From positions 6,200,001 through 6,264,000 of the forward strand of contig OZ024761.1 in NCBI GenBank assembly GCA_964016885.1: DNA of 64,000 nucleotides, in the 5' to 3' direction. This stretch comes from Eledone cirrhosa. Taxonomy: Eukaryota. Positions 1 through 12,239 of the stretch are shown here, piece after piece (position 1 is the stretch's first letter; each line of letters opens with the position of its first letter). The notes beneath the pieces were generated by a model, which saw only the letters and a program-made list of their open reading frames with translations, did no database searches and had not been told where the DNA came from. The position numbers were made by a program, and so were the translations under genes.

Positions 1-288
1 CGTTATGTAATGTGAATAATATAAGTAAACTAAGTTATTAACATTCAAAAATGTTTATATTAGAGATAATGTAGAAATATTTATGTTGGGTGTAAAATAG
101 AGGTTTAATGTTTGGAATATGTTTATTTATAGTTGTATCGTATGTGAAATAGGTAGAGTTTAAATATATGTATGAAGTAAACATTAATTCCACGGTTTTT
201 GTTGCCATATCAATATATGTATTAGAAAGATATTGTATAATACATTCCTCTCTGTATAATTTCTATTAAGAATTATTTCACATTGTGT

Positions 289-335
289 AACCTCTGATGA
301 AGCCAGACAGTTGTCTGGAAGAAACTATCGTCAGC
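289..335 (+). ncRNA. hammerhead ribozyme-like motif (type I, stem I degenerate), probably Penelope-like element terminal repeat
   Basis: CTGATGA at 294-300, stem II ccagaca/tgtctgg, GAAAC at 321-325, GTC downstream; stem I pairs poorly. Confidence 0.5.
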
Positions 336-514
336 AATTAAATGTATTAAACAAACATTTGATTGTTTTATATTTTGTATTTCTGCTCTGTAATACATCT
401 GATAATTTACATTGAGCTATTTCTCTTACTGGTAATCAGGTAGTGCAGCATACTACCCTTTCACATTTATAATTATATATAACTCATATATAAGTATAAA
501 TACTATTATTATTA

Positions 515-517
<3 letters not shown>

Positions 518-599
<82 letters not shown>

Positions 600-686
600 C
601 ATATATATATACAAATATATATATATACAAATATATATATATACAAATATATATATATATATACAAATATATATATATATATACAA

Positions 687-751
<65 letters not shown>

Positions 752-828
752 AATATATATATATACAAATATATATATATATATACAAATATATATATAT
801 ATATACAAATATATATATATATATACAA

Positions 829-891
<63 letters not shown>

Positions 892-960
892 CAAACATAT
901 ATGTATACATACATGCGTATATACACACACATACATACACACACACACACATATACACAC
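518..960. repeat. (TA)n/(CA)n microsatellite tract
   Basis: direct reading; source of the YIYI ORFs. Confidence 0.95.
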
Positions 961-1082
961 ACATTTTTAAAGCCATGTCAGTAGAATGCTCTTGTGTTGG
1001 CATGTAAACAGAATTGCAGACACTAAAAAAGAGGCCGTTTACATAATTGCAAACGAATCGAATATCATTATTAATATTTGAA

Positions 1083-1241
1083 AGGTGGTGGATTGGCAGT
1101 ATCGGTGGAGGGTCGGACGCCATGCTTTGACGCAATGAGTTACGGCCCTTGCCATTCTGATTTCAAATCCCGCCGAGGTTAACTTTGCCTTTCATCCTTA
1201 CGGGGTCGATAAAATAAAGTACCAGTAATACACTGGGTAAT
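1083..1241 (+). mobile_element. tRNA-derived SINE, 3' truncated
   Basis: A-box-like tggcagtatcgg, B-box-like ttcaaatcc, central GCCTTTCATCCTTACGGGGTCGATAAAATAAAGTACCAG shared with four other loci in the window. Confidence 0.85.
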
Positions 1242-1279
1242 TGTATTCAACCTTATAGAACGATCATTTTTTATTTATT

Positions 1280-1310
<31 letters not shown>

Positions 1311-1312
1311 CC

Positions 1313-1426
<114 letters not shown>

Positions 1427-1439
1427 ATCTATCTATCTA

Positions 1440-1702
<263 letters not shown>

Positions 1703-1717
1703 ATATATATATATATG

Positions 1718-4660
1718 TACATGATGGCTGCAAACTCGTGATCGAGCTTTGCCATCGCCTGATAAAATGCTAAAAGGCACGAATGTGGCTCTTTAAACCA
1801 GATCATAACCTACGAGGTTTACTGATATGACTTTGTTAATGTGTTACCAGACCAGCTTTGCTCCGGCAGACTTGACCACAGTGCTGGCAACCCAGATGAT
1901 GTTCAACAGCAGGCAGTTCAGAACAGTCTCCTTTCCTTACCTTTCTTTTCAGGGTAAGGTGTTCTCTCCAACGAGTTTCAAAGTGTTCACTACCTGACTT
2001 GATCAAATGTCTCCACTTCACACGCTCCTCAGCCATTTTCTCCCATTCGTCAGATTTAAATTCCAGCTCAAGTCAAGGTGCCCTTGACACAGTCCCGGTA
2101 CCAGATTTTTGGTTTGTGTGGTGGTCGCCTTCCTTCACACAGTTCTCTGTAGAGAAGTTGCTTTGGAATACGATCATCAGACATCCAGACCACGTGTCCG
2201 CACCACCTCAACCGATGCCGAGAGATTGTGTTCTCTATAGTCATGCACCTGCTCCGTTCGAGAACTTCCAAATCACTGACGAACGTTTTCCATCGCACCC
2301 CAAGTATCTTACAAAGAGATTGTTGGTGAAATCTCTCCAGTTCCTTGGGGTGCTTTCTGTATGTGCCCCATGTTTCACAAAGCATAAAGCAAAGAGGAGA
2401 CGACACAAGTCAGATACACTTTCACCTTGGTTTCGATAGTGATACCTCGTCTGGACCGTAAACGTTCATGCAGCCATCTAAAAGCATCACTGGCTTTCTT
2501 GATTCTTTAGGATATCTCATCATCAAGTGTGCATGAATTGTTCAACGTACCACCAAGGTAAACAAACTTGTCAGCAACTTTTAGCCTCTTTCCGTACACG
2601 TACACACTTGGTGTAGTGTATTCTTTCCCAAGTACTGGTTGGTACATCACAACAGTCTTTTCCAAGCTTATTGTGAGGACCAAAGCGCTGAAAGCTTCAG
2701 AAAAAGAGTTCATAATATGCTGCATGTCACTTTGTGAGTGTGCAAAAAGATCGCAGTCATCTGCATACAAAAACTCTCGGATTATAAATGTTAATACCTC
2801 TGTGCTTGCACCAAAGCGCCTGATATTGAATAGCCATCCTGAAGTGTGATACCTGATGTAAACCACATGGGAACAATTCTTCCTGAATGCCATGAGGAAC
2901 ACTATCGTAAAATATAAGGAAAACAGAGTTGGAGCCAGAATGTACCCCTGCTTCACTCCATTTTCAACTTATATTGGTTCAGAGATGCTACCACCAATAT
3001 TGACCCAAGCCTTCATGTCATCATGAAAAAGACGCAGAATCTTCACAAACTTTTGAGAGCAGCCAAGATTTTCCAAAATGTTCCACAATGCAGTTCGATT
3101 GACGGTGTCAAAGGCCTTTGTCACGTCAACAAAGACTTGGTAAAGGTCCATATAATGTTCGATACACTTTTCTTGCAGCTGCCGAGCAGAAAAGATCATA
3201 TCCACTGTTCCTCGTTCGTTCCTGAACCCACACTCTGACTCAGGCAACACATTCAGAGTAACCCCTGAATCAATATATCCATCAAAATTTGACACGTGAC
3301 TTTACCAACTACTGAAAGAAGTGATATGCCACGATAATTGCCACATTTGTCTTTCCCACCCTTTCCTTTGTGGAGAATCACCATGAGTGCATGCTTCCAA
3401 TCTTGTAGGACACTCTCATCTTCCGACACCTTTTTCATGGGGTAAGTCAGGCGCTGCGTGAATTTTCACCACCGCACTTCAAAACCTCTGCACTCAGACC
3501 ATCCCTACCAGGAGACTTACCACAGTTCAACTTATGCACAACAGAAGTCACCTCTGCAAGAGAAGGTACATCAGCCATCTCATGTTTCACTGAATGAACA
3601 AATCTAACTCCACATACATCTGTAGCAAGAGGAGACCACTGCTGTTACATTTCCCTATGCCATGTCTGCCGATCACATCCCAAGTCTCATAATCCCGGCC
3701 AACGCGTGCGTTGAAATCTCCAAGTACGACAATTTTGTCTGCTGAAGGAATCTTTTTGACAAGTTGCATCAAAGACCAGTAAAAGGTGAGTTTCTCGTCT
3801 TCATTGAAGTTCATAGTCGGGTCTTATACAATGACAATGGTAAGGTAGCTATTGTACATCAGAGGAATTCCCATTGACATGAGACGATCACTGATGCCAC
3901 TTGGAAACTGGTCAAGTGTCGACACCAAAGACGTTTTCACTGCAAAAGCCCCCCCCCCCCCCCACATCATCCTGCTGCTCTGCTATTCCAGTAAAACGTG
4001 TAGCCGCTGGACATCTCAGTGATATGACCTTCTTCGAGTATCCATGTTTCAGATAAAGCAACAATATCCATATTGTATCGTCCCAGCTCCTTGACAACAA
4101 AAACTGATCTTCTTTCTGGTCGTGATTCTGAAGGCACCAAATATAATAAAGTCCGGATGTTCCAGCAACCAATATTCATAGGCTTCTTCTTCTTCTTCTT
4201 CTTCTTCTTCTTCTTCTTCTTCTTCTTCTTCTTCTTCTTCTTCTCAGTGGCAGGATGACGACCGGGCCCATGCTGCGCCGGGCCAGACCCTTTCACCATC
4301 AGTTCCAGAGCCCCCATTACCATTAACTTGTACATCATCATGGTTCATCATTGAATATTGATGCCTCTTTTGGCTTCGACCAGCCACAATGCAACAAATA
4401 ATTTGTTCAAATCGATCAGGCGATGCCTGAGCTGGAAATTTCTTTAAGTGAAGAAAAGCCTTGCACAGAACCAATCCCACTCTCTGAGCATGGAGAGCAT
4501 GTACCGAAAAGAAGAACTGGTCAACACCCTCAGGTGCCCTCAACACCGCAGGTGTTTATTCAAAGTTTCCCTCTCCTAGAGAAGTGTTGTGACAACAGCT
4601 AAGGGGGCATCTCACTCCCAGCTGGCTATCTGCGCACCTGGACACCAACCCAGGTATTTC
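1718..4660 (-). mobile_element. RTE-clade LINE, near full-length, degenerate
   Basis: APE motifs (IGCWNIRTL, IVALSET, LGDFNARVG), RT motifs (GFR..RGTVDMIF, KAFDTV, KQG..LAP, YADD), C-terminal LRWCGHV and a CxxC..H finger; RTE-type tail ctcgatcacgagtttgcagccatcat running into (TA)n. Confidence 0.92.
1836..4179 (-). pseudogene. fragmented APE endonuclease-reverse transcriptase ORF of the RTE LINE
   Basis: collinear ORF pieces 3967-4341, 3587-3814, 3253-3438, 2969-3295, 2507-2956, 2068-2406 and 1836-2036 separated by stops/frameshifts; apparent internal deletion near 3585. Confidence 0.9.
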
Positions 4661-4767
4661 CTGTCCATACATATGCACATACATATGCACATATATAGAT
4701 ATATACCTACATACATACATACGTAAGTACATACATACATACATACATACATACATACATACATACA

Positions 4768-4798
<31 letters not shown>

Positions 4799-4859
4799 GT
4801 GTGTGTGTCTGTGCTTAAATTTGTTTTGCAAGGTTTGTTGATATTGTTATTTTTGGGGA

Positions 4860-5100
4860 GGGTCATGCTGCCAATAGAAACACACGCACCTGTTGGTTTT
4901 TATTTCAATTTATTACAAATTTCCGGTTACTTGGTTCTGTGACCTCCTCAGTGACTGATTTGTTATTTTGTGTCTCTCCTTAGTTCTGTCTTTTTGTGCG
5001 ACGACAGACCTTTGACAACAAATAAACAACCAACCAACCGGAAATCTGTCATAAATTGACGTGAAAACAAAGTGCGTCTTTTTATTGAAAGCATGACCCA
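4860..5100. mobile_element. short element with imperfect ~65-bp inverted ends and a degenerate HHR on the - strand (4915-4955)
   Basis: gggtcatgct...aatttccggtt / aaccggaaat...agcatgaccc; minus strand reads gtcaCTGAGGAggtcac..gtaaccgGAAA; related to 48430-48580. Confidence 0.55.
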
Positions 5101-5136
5101 CCAAACCAACATATACATACATACACACAGACACAC

Positions 5137-5288
<152 letters not shown>

Positions 5289-5294
5289 GCATAC

Positions 5295-5354
<60 letters not shown>

Positions 5355-5476
5355 TCGCATATTTGTTGGTTAATCAGTATGCCAGCTAAAGCACTCAACG
5401 AAGTGCGCAGGTTGGTCTGTTTACTTCCGAGAAGTGTAAGTCAACAAGTTAAAATTAATCTCATTTATACATATTT

Positions 5477-5535
5477 GCTGTTATATATATTTCGGTGATA
5501 ACCATTATACAACCGCTATGACCTCATCAGACAGC
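5477..5535 (-). ncRNA. type I hammerhead ribozyme
   Basis: gctgt-CTGATGA-ggtcatagcggtt/aatggttatcacc-GAAA-tatata-TA-acagc: stems I and II pair, palindromic stem III. Confidence 0.75.
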
Positions 5536-5654
5536 TAGAACATGAACAGAAAAAAGTAAAATGCATATTGATGGAATAAAGCTTACTTGGATTCTTTGAT
5601 ATGCTCAGTGCTGAAGTTTGGTGTTGGTCAAATCATACGACCGGTGTGTAATCT

Positions 5655-7381
5655 AGTGTGTAGTGTGATGTGTGTGTAGTGTAGTGTAGTGTGGTGAGTA
5701 GTGTAGTGCAGTGTGTGGTGTGATTATAGTGTGTAGTGTAGTGGTGTGTAGTGTGGTGTGTTGTGTAGTGTGATGTGTAGTGTAGTGTGGTGTGTAGTGT
5801 AGTGTGGTGAGTAGTGTGGTGTAGTTTGATGTAGTGTGGTGTAGTGTGGTGTAGTATGGTGTGCAGTGTGTAGTGTGGTGTGTAGTGTAGTGTGTAGTGT
5901 ATAGTGTGGTGTGTAGTGTGGTGAGTAGTGTGTAGTATAGTGTGGTGTAATGTGGTGTGGTGTAGTGTGGTGTAGTGTGGTGTAGTGTAGTGTGGTGTAG
6001 TGTAGTGTGGTGTGGTGTAGTGTAGTGTGGAGTAGTATAGTGTGGTGTGGTGAAGTGTGGTGTGGTGTAGTGTGGTGTAGTGTGGTGTGGTGTAGTGTAG
6101 TGTAGTGTAGTGGGGGTGTAGTGTGGTGTAGTTCAGTGTGGTGTAGTGTGGTGTAGTGTAGTGTAATGTGGTGTAATGTGGTGTAGTATAGTGTGGTGTA
6201 GTGTAGTGTGGTGTATTGTAGTGTGGTGTAGTGTGGTGTGGTGTAGTGTAGAGTGGTGTAGTTTAGTTTGGTGTATTGTAGTGTCGTGAGGTGTGGTGTG
6301 GTGTAGTGTAGTGTAGTGTAGTGTAGTGTAGTGTGGTGTAGTGTGGTGTAGTGTAGTGTGGTCTGGTGTAGTCTGGTGTAGTGTAGTGTAGTGTAGCGTG
6401 GTGTAGTGTAGTGTAGTGTAGTGTAGTGTAGTGTAGTGTAGTGTGGTGTAGTGTAGTACTGTGTAGTGTAGTGTAGTGTGGTGTAGTGTAGTGTAGTGTG
6501 GTGTAGTATAGTGTAGTGTAGTGTGGTGTGGTGTAGTGTAGTGTGGTGTAGTGTAGTGTGATGTAGTGTAGTGTAGTGTGGTGTAGTGTAGTGTAGTGTG
6601 GTGTAGTGTAGTGTTGTGTAGTGTAGTGTGGTGTAGTGTAGTGTAGTGTGGTGTGGTGTAGTGTAGTGTAGTGTGATGTAGTGTAGTGTAGTGTAGTGTG
6701 GTGTAGTGTAGTGTGGTGTAGTGTAGTGTAGTGTGGTGTAGTGTAGTGTAGTGTAGTGTGGTGTAGTATGGTAGCGTGTAGTGTAGTGTGGTGTAGTGTA
6801 GTGTGGTGTAGTGTAGTGTAGTGTAGCGTGGTGTAGTGTAGTGTAGTGTGGTGTAGTGTAGTGTGGTGTAGTGTAGTGTAGTGTGGTGTAGTATAGTGTA
6901 GTGTAGTGTAGTGTAGTGTGGTGTAGTGTAGTGTGGTGTAATGTGGTGTAGTGTAGTGTGATGTAGTGTGGTGTAGTGTGGTGTAGTGTAGTGTTGTGTA
7001 GTGTAGTGTGGTGTAGTGTAGTGTAGTGTGGTGTGGTGTAGTGTAGTGTGGTGTAGTGTAGTGTAGTGTGATGTAGTGTTGTGTAGTGTGGTGTAGTGTA
7101 GTGTAGTGTAGTGTGGTGTAGTATAGTGTGGTGTAGTGTAGTGTAGTGTGGTGTAGTGTAGTGTAGTGTAGTGTGGTGTAGTGTGGTGTAGTATGGTAGC
7201 GTGTAGTGTGGTGTAGTGTGGTGTAGTATGGTAGCGTGTAGTGTAGTGTAGTGTGGTCTAGTGTAGTGTGGTGTAGTGTAGTGTGGTGTAGTGTAGTGTA
7301 GTGTGGTGTAGTGTAGTGTGGTGTAGTGTAGTGTGGTGTAGTATGGTAGCGTGTAGTGTAGTGTGGTGTAGTGTAGTGTGT
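5655..7381. repeat. (GTGTA/GTGTG)n pentanucleotide satellite
   Basis: direct reading. Confidence 0.95.
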
Positions 7382-8092
7382 CTATTGTGTTTTGGGTGTA
7401 TATATATCTATATTTTTATTACACCGCACACATTCATATATATATATGTATATATAACGTGATGTTTGTGTATATATATATATATACATACACACCACAC
7501 ATTCATATATATATGTATATATAATGTGATGTTTGTGTATATATATATCTATATACACGCCACAGATTCATATATATATATGTATATAATGTGATGTGTA
7601 TATATATATATATACACACACCACACACACTTGCAGATTTTTATTCTGTTGAAATTGGTGAGATTGGGAGTGAAAGGGTGGTGGTGGTGGTGATGGTGGT
7701 GGTGGTGGTGGTGGTGGTGGTGATGGTGGTGGTATTGTTTAGTGGTGGTGGAGGGACTGATGATAGTGGTAGTATTGTTGTTGTTGGGTGTGATAGTGGG
7801 GGGGGGGGGGTGAGACGATGGAGGAAGTGGGTCAGACGGGGGGAGGGTTGGAGTGGTGGAAGGTTGGGGGTGGTAGAGGGTCTGTTGGTACTGACCTCTG
7901 GAGGTCAGTACAGCGTCCAGCATCTGGGTTCGGCTATAAACGGTGATCACTGATTGTAGGGGGCCCCATGGTAGGAGAGGGGGGGGGGGGGGGCTGTTAC
8001 TGAGATAAACAATTATTGCCCCAACCACCCCTACACCACCCCTTACCCCACTTCCTTCCTCTAATTTCATCCCCTGCCTCTCAGGCATAACA

Positions 8093-8750
8093 TACCACCA
8101 CCACTCTCCACCATCACTACCACTAGCTCTACTATTAATATTACCCCCACCACTACCACTACTACCAACACTGCCACCGCTACACCAACACCACTATTAC
8201 CACCACAATACCACCACCACTACCACCACAATACCACCACCACTACCACCACAATACCACCACCACTACCACCACAATACCAGCACCACAACCACCACAA
8301 TACCATCACCACAATACCACCACCACCACCACCACCACCACAATACCACCACCACTGCCACCACTACCATAATACCACCACCACAATACCACCACTACTA
8401 CCACCACAAAACCACCACCACCACCACTACCACCACCACCACACTACCACCACAATACCACCACTACCACCACCACCACCACAATACCACCACTACTACC
8501 ACCACAATACCACCACCACTACCACCACCACTGCCACCACAATACCACCACCACTACCACCACAATACCACCACCACTACCACCACAATACCACCACCAC
8601 TACCACCAACACTACCATCACTACTATCACCACCACCACTACCACTACCAGCACCAGCACTACCATCATGTCCCGGCAATCACGACATACACCCCCACCA
8701 TCATACCCTCACCACCACCACCACTATGCCACTACCACCACCACCACTAC
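8093..8750. repeat. (CCA/CTA)n low-complexity tract
   Basis: direct reading. Confidence 0.9.
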
Positions 8751-8832
8751 AACCTCAACCATAACAGACTGTTCAGTGAATCCTCACGGTGGCTGAACGC
8801 AGTGAATAGCCTTTAATTAAAGACATCGACAA

Positions 8833-8848
8833 CAGCGCCACCTATCAG
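8833..8848 (-). promoter_or_regulatory. candidate CTCF site
   Basis: minus strand ctgaTAGGTGGCGCTG matches the 3' core of the CTCF consensus within a unique island. Confidence 0.3.
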
Positions 8849-8869
8849 ACCTCTCACTAAATTGAATAC

Positions 8870-9128
8870 TCCCCCACCGCCTCACTCCCCGACATACCCC
8901 CCCCCCGTTATATCACCATGTACCTCCCCCCTACAATTCTATGGACACCACCACCACCCCGTCCTCCCCACCGCCTCAGTCCCCGACATATCCCCCTCCC
9001 GTTATATCACTATGTACCTCCCCCTACAATTCTATAGGCACCCCCCCTCCTCGAAACTCCCCCACCGCCTCAGTCCCCGACATATCCCCCCCGTTATATC
9101 ACTATGTACCTCCCCCCCCAATTCTATA
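8870..9128. repeat. three C-rich ~95-bp tandem units
   Basis: cccccaccgcctca.tccccgacata...gttatatcac.atgtacctcccc..aattctat three times. Confidence 0.8.
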
Positions 9129-9249
9129 GTCACTAACCCCCCCAAAAAAAAACTTCCCCACCCATCAACATTCGCTTCACATTTTTTACTTTTACGTCCA
9201 TCAATGCACAATCACATCCACTCTTCTGTCTATCTCGCTGGAGTAGTGT

Positions 9250-9821
9250 ATATATGGTGGCTGCCAACTCGTTTTCGAGTACGGCCACTACTTTATATCC
9301 ATGTAGGAGAACCCCTACTGATGCGCTGAACGAATGTGACTTTTTAGTCCAGCCAGCGACTTGAAAACTCTGGTACAAAGACTACACTTGTGACAGTTAT
9401 TGACACATAGTGCAGGGCCCATGGTACCATGTGACGACAAGTGCAGAGAGATCTCCAAATATAAAGCAATGCCTGTGCTGTGAAGCTTTTATAGTGAGCA
9501 AAGGCACTGCACAAAGCCAGTCCCACTCTCTTAACCAAGATGATATTTACCAAAAAGAAGAACAAGTCAACATCATTGGATACCATCAGGGTTGCAGGTG
9601 TTATATCAGAGTTTTCCTTCTCCTAGAATTCTGCCTTGACAAAGGCTAAGGGGTCATCTCTCCCGGTGATTTTGGATGGCTATTGAGTCTTAAGAGCTCC
9701 CTTGCCCTTTTTGACAGGTTTTGTTTTTAGTCGTGCAGGATGTCCAAAGTCACCCTCCTCACCAAGAAACCTTGGTGGGGTTGCCAGTTTAGTCGCCAAC
9801 GACCCGACCATGAGACAGGTT
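9250..9821 (-). mobile_element. bipartite non-autonomous RTE derivative (RTE 5' UTR joined to RTE 3' tail)
   Basis: cttagcctttgtcaag..ttctaggagaagg matches the RTE 5' UTR at 4560-4615; tail ctcgaaaacgagttggcagccacca matches the RTE tail at 1718-1750; no ORF. Confidence 0.7.
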
Positions 9822-9939
9822 GTATATATATATATATATACATACATCTCCACAATTATGTTTGTGTATATATATATATATATACATCTCCACAATTATC
9901 TGTATATATAAATATAAATATGTATACATACATGCATCT

Positions 9940-10426
9940 ATGTATACAGACGTACAGTAGTATGTATATATATACATACATACATGCACAAATATATATA
10001 TATATGTACGTATGGGTTTACCGAACATTTATTATAATGTTCGGTTTGTTTGAAAACAAACAGCCCGAATTAAGCCGTACAGTGTTCGGCAACCACCGTT
10101 GCCCTTTTTTTCAACACTGACAAAGGAACTATGAACTAGTTTCTAGCTTATTAGCTGTCATCAGCACCGTATAACATCCTGTCAATCGATTGAACGTTTG
10201 AAAGTATATACTTTCCTTATGAATATTAACGTCTGAGAAGCCTACTTTGCATATCGAGTGAGTTAGTCGGCCGGGCATACCGTAAACGATAAATGGAAAA
10301 AACGAAATTTCATTTCTCACTCTTAGTACGACTGATACTTAAATATAAGTATGTATGTACGTATACATACTTATATTTAAGTATCAGCCGCACTAAGAGT
10401 GAGAAATGAAATTTCATTTTTTCCAT
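9940..10426 (-). mobile_element. HHR-bearing non-coding element ending in a fold-back (10293-10426)
   Basis: homologous to 10835-11432; palindrome centred near 10360. Confidence 0.7.
10128..10170 (-). ncRNA. minimal type I hammerhead ribozyme
   Basis: acggtg-CTGATGA-cagct/agct-aGAAA-ctag-TT-catagt. Confidence 0.65.
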
Positions 10427-10561
10427 ATATATAACTTACGTCGAAACGGCTTGAGCTCTGTCGTCGGGGTCTTACTTTTTCCTATTTCCCACTCTACTAC
10501 CCTAAGTATTGAGTACTCTGGTGCGTTATGGTCCATCTGGTTCCTTACCACAATTCCTTTG

Positions 10562-10621
<60 letters not shown>

Positions 10622-10791
10622 GGTGTTGGATGCTTAAAGCGTCCGTATGCGGCAGGCTGTACGAGCACTCGATGCCCCAATAGGAAAATCTGCTTCGTAG
10701 AATCGAGATGTATCCGAGCACTCCGCGATTTCAGAGTCAGTGTTGAGAGGCGGGGAAGTTTTTTTGGGGGGAGTGTATATATCCACAATCA

Positions 10792-10834
<43 letters not shown>

Positions 10835-10837
<3 letters not shown>

Positions 10838-10948
10838 TTGAAAAAAATGAAAACGAAATTTCATTTCTCACTCTTAGTATGGCACTTACTTAAATGTAAG
10901 TATGTATGTATACGTACATACATATATGTATACAGACGTACAGTAGCA

Positions 10949-11008
<60 letters not shown>

Positions 11009-11432
11009 TGCACACAGGTACACATACATATATGCACGCATCAGTTTAGCCGACGTTTATTATAACGCAGCTTTGTTCGTTTGTTTGTCAACAAACAGAA
11101 CAGCCTGAATTTATGCCATACGGTGTTAAGGCAACCACGTCACCTTTTTGTTCAACACTGACACAGGAAGGATGTACTAGTTTCAAGCTTGTTAGCTATC
11201 ATCAGCACCGTTTACCCATCTGCCAGATAGTTGAACGTTCGAAAGTATATACTTTCCTTATGAAAATTAACGGCTGAGCAGCCTAATTTGCATATTGAGT
11301 GAGTTAAATCGGTCAGGCATACCGAAAACGATAAGTTGAAAAAAATGAAAACGAAATTTCATTTCTCACTCTTAGTATGGCACTTACTTAAATGTAAGTA
11401 TGTATGTATACGTACATACATATATGTATACA
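10835..11432 (-). mobile_element. HHR-bearing element with ~100-bp terminal direct repeat (partial tandem, period ~496 bp)
   Basis: 10835-10935 is repeated at 11331-11432; HHR inside. Confidence 0.7.
11169..11211 (-). ncRNA. minimal type I hammerhead ribozyme
   Basis: acggtg-CTGATGA-tagct/agct-tGAAA-ctag-TA-catcct. Confidence 0.7.
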
Positions 11433-12060
11433 GCACAACATATACACACATCACAACATATACACACAGCACAACATCTACACACATCACAACATCTACA
11501 CACAGCACAACATATACACACATCACAACATATACACACATCACAACATATACACACAGCACAACATCTACACACATCACAACATCTACACACAGCACAA
11601 CATATACACACAGCACAACATATACACACATCACAACATATACACACGGCACAACATATACACACATCACAACATATACACACAGCACAACATCTACACA
11701 CATCACAACATCTACACACAGCACAACATATACACACAACACAACATATACACACATCACAACATATACACACAGCACAACATCTACACACATCACAACA
11801 TCTACACACAGCACAACATATACACACAGCACAACATATACACACAGCACAACATATACACACATCACAACATATACACACAGCACAACATCTACACACA
11901 TCACAACATCTACACACAGCACAACATATACACACAGCACAACATATACACACAGCACAACATATACACACATCACAACATATACACACAGCACAACATA
12001 TATACACATCACAACATATACACACAGCACAACATCTACATAGCCTCACATCTACACACA
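11432..12060. repeat. 18-bp minisatellite (cacaacatmtacacacak)
   Basis: direct reading. Confidence 0.9.
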
Positions 12061-12239
12061 TCACAATATCTACATGTGACCACCACCACTCTATATAATA
12101 TATACACACCCTCACTACCTATATACTACACTACATCACCACCACTCAACATCACATCTCACTACCACACTACATACTACACTGCCACCCCACATAAACC
12201 CACCACAACCTACACCACACAAGAACTCCACACCACCTT

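Noticed and set aside
1083-1180. tRNA gene
   Set aside because: A/B boxes are present but no cloverleaf; it continues into a multi-copy SINE body
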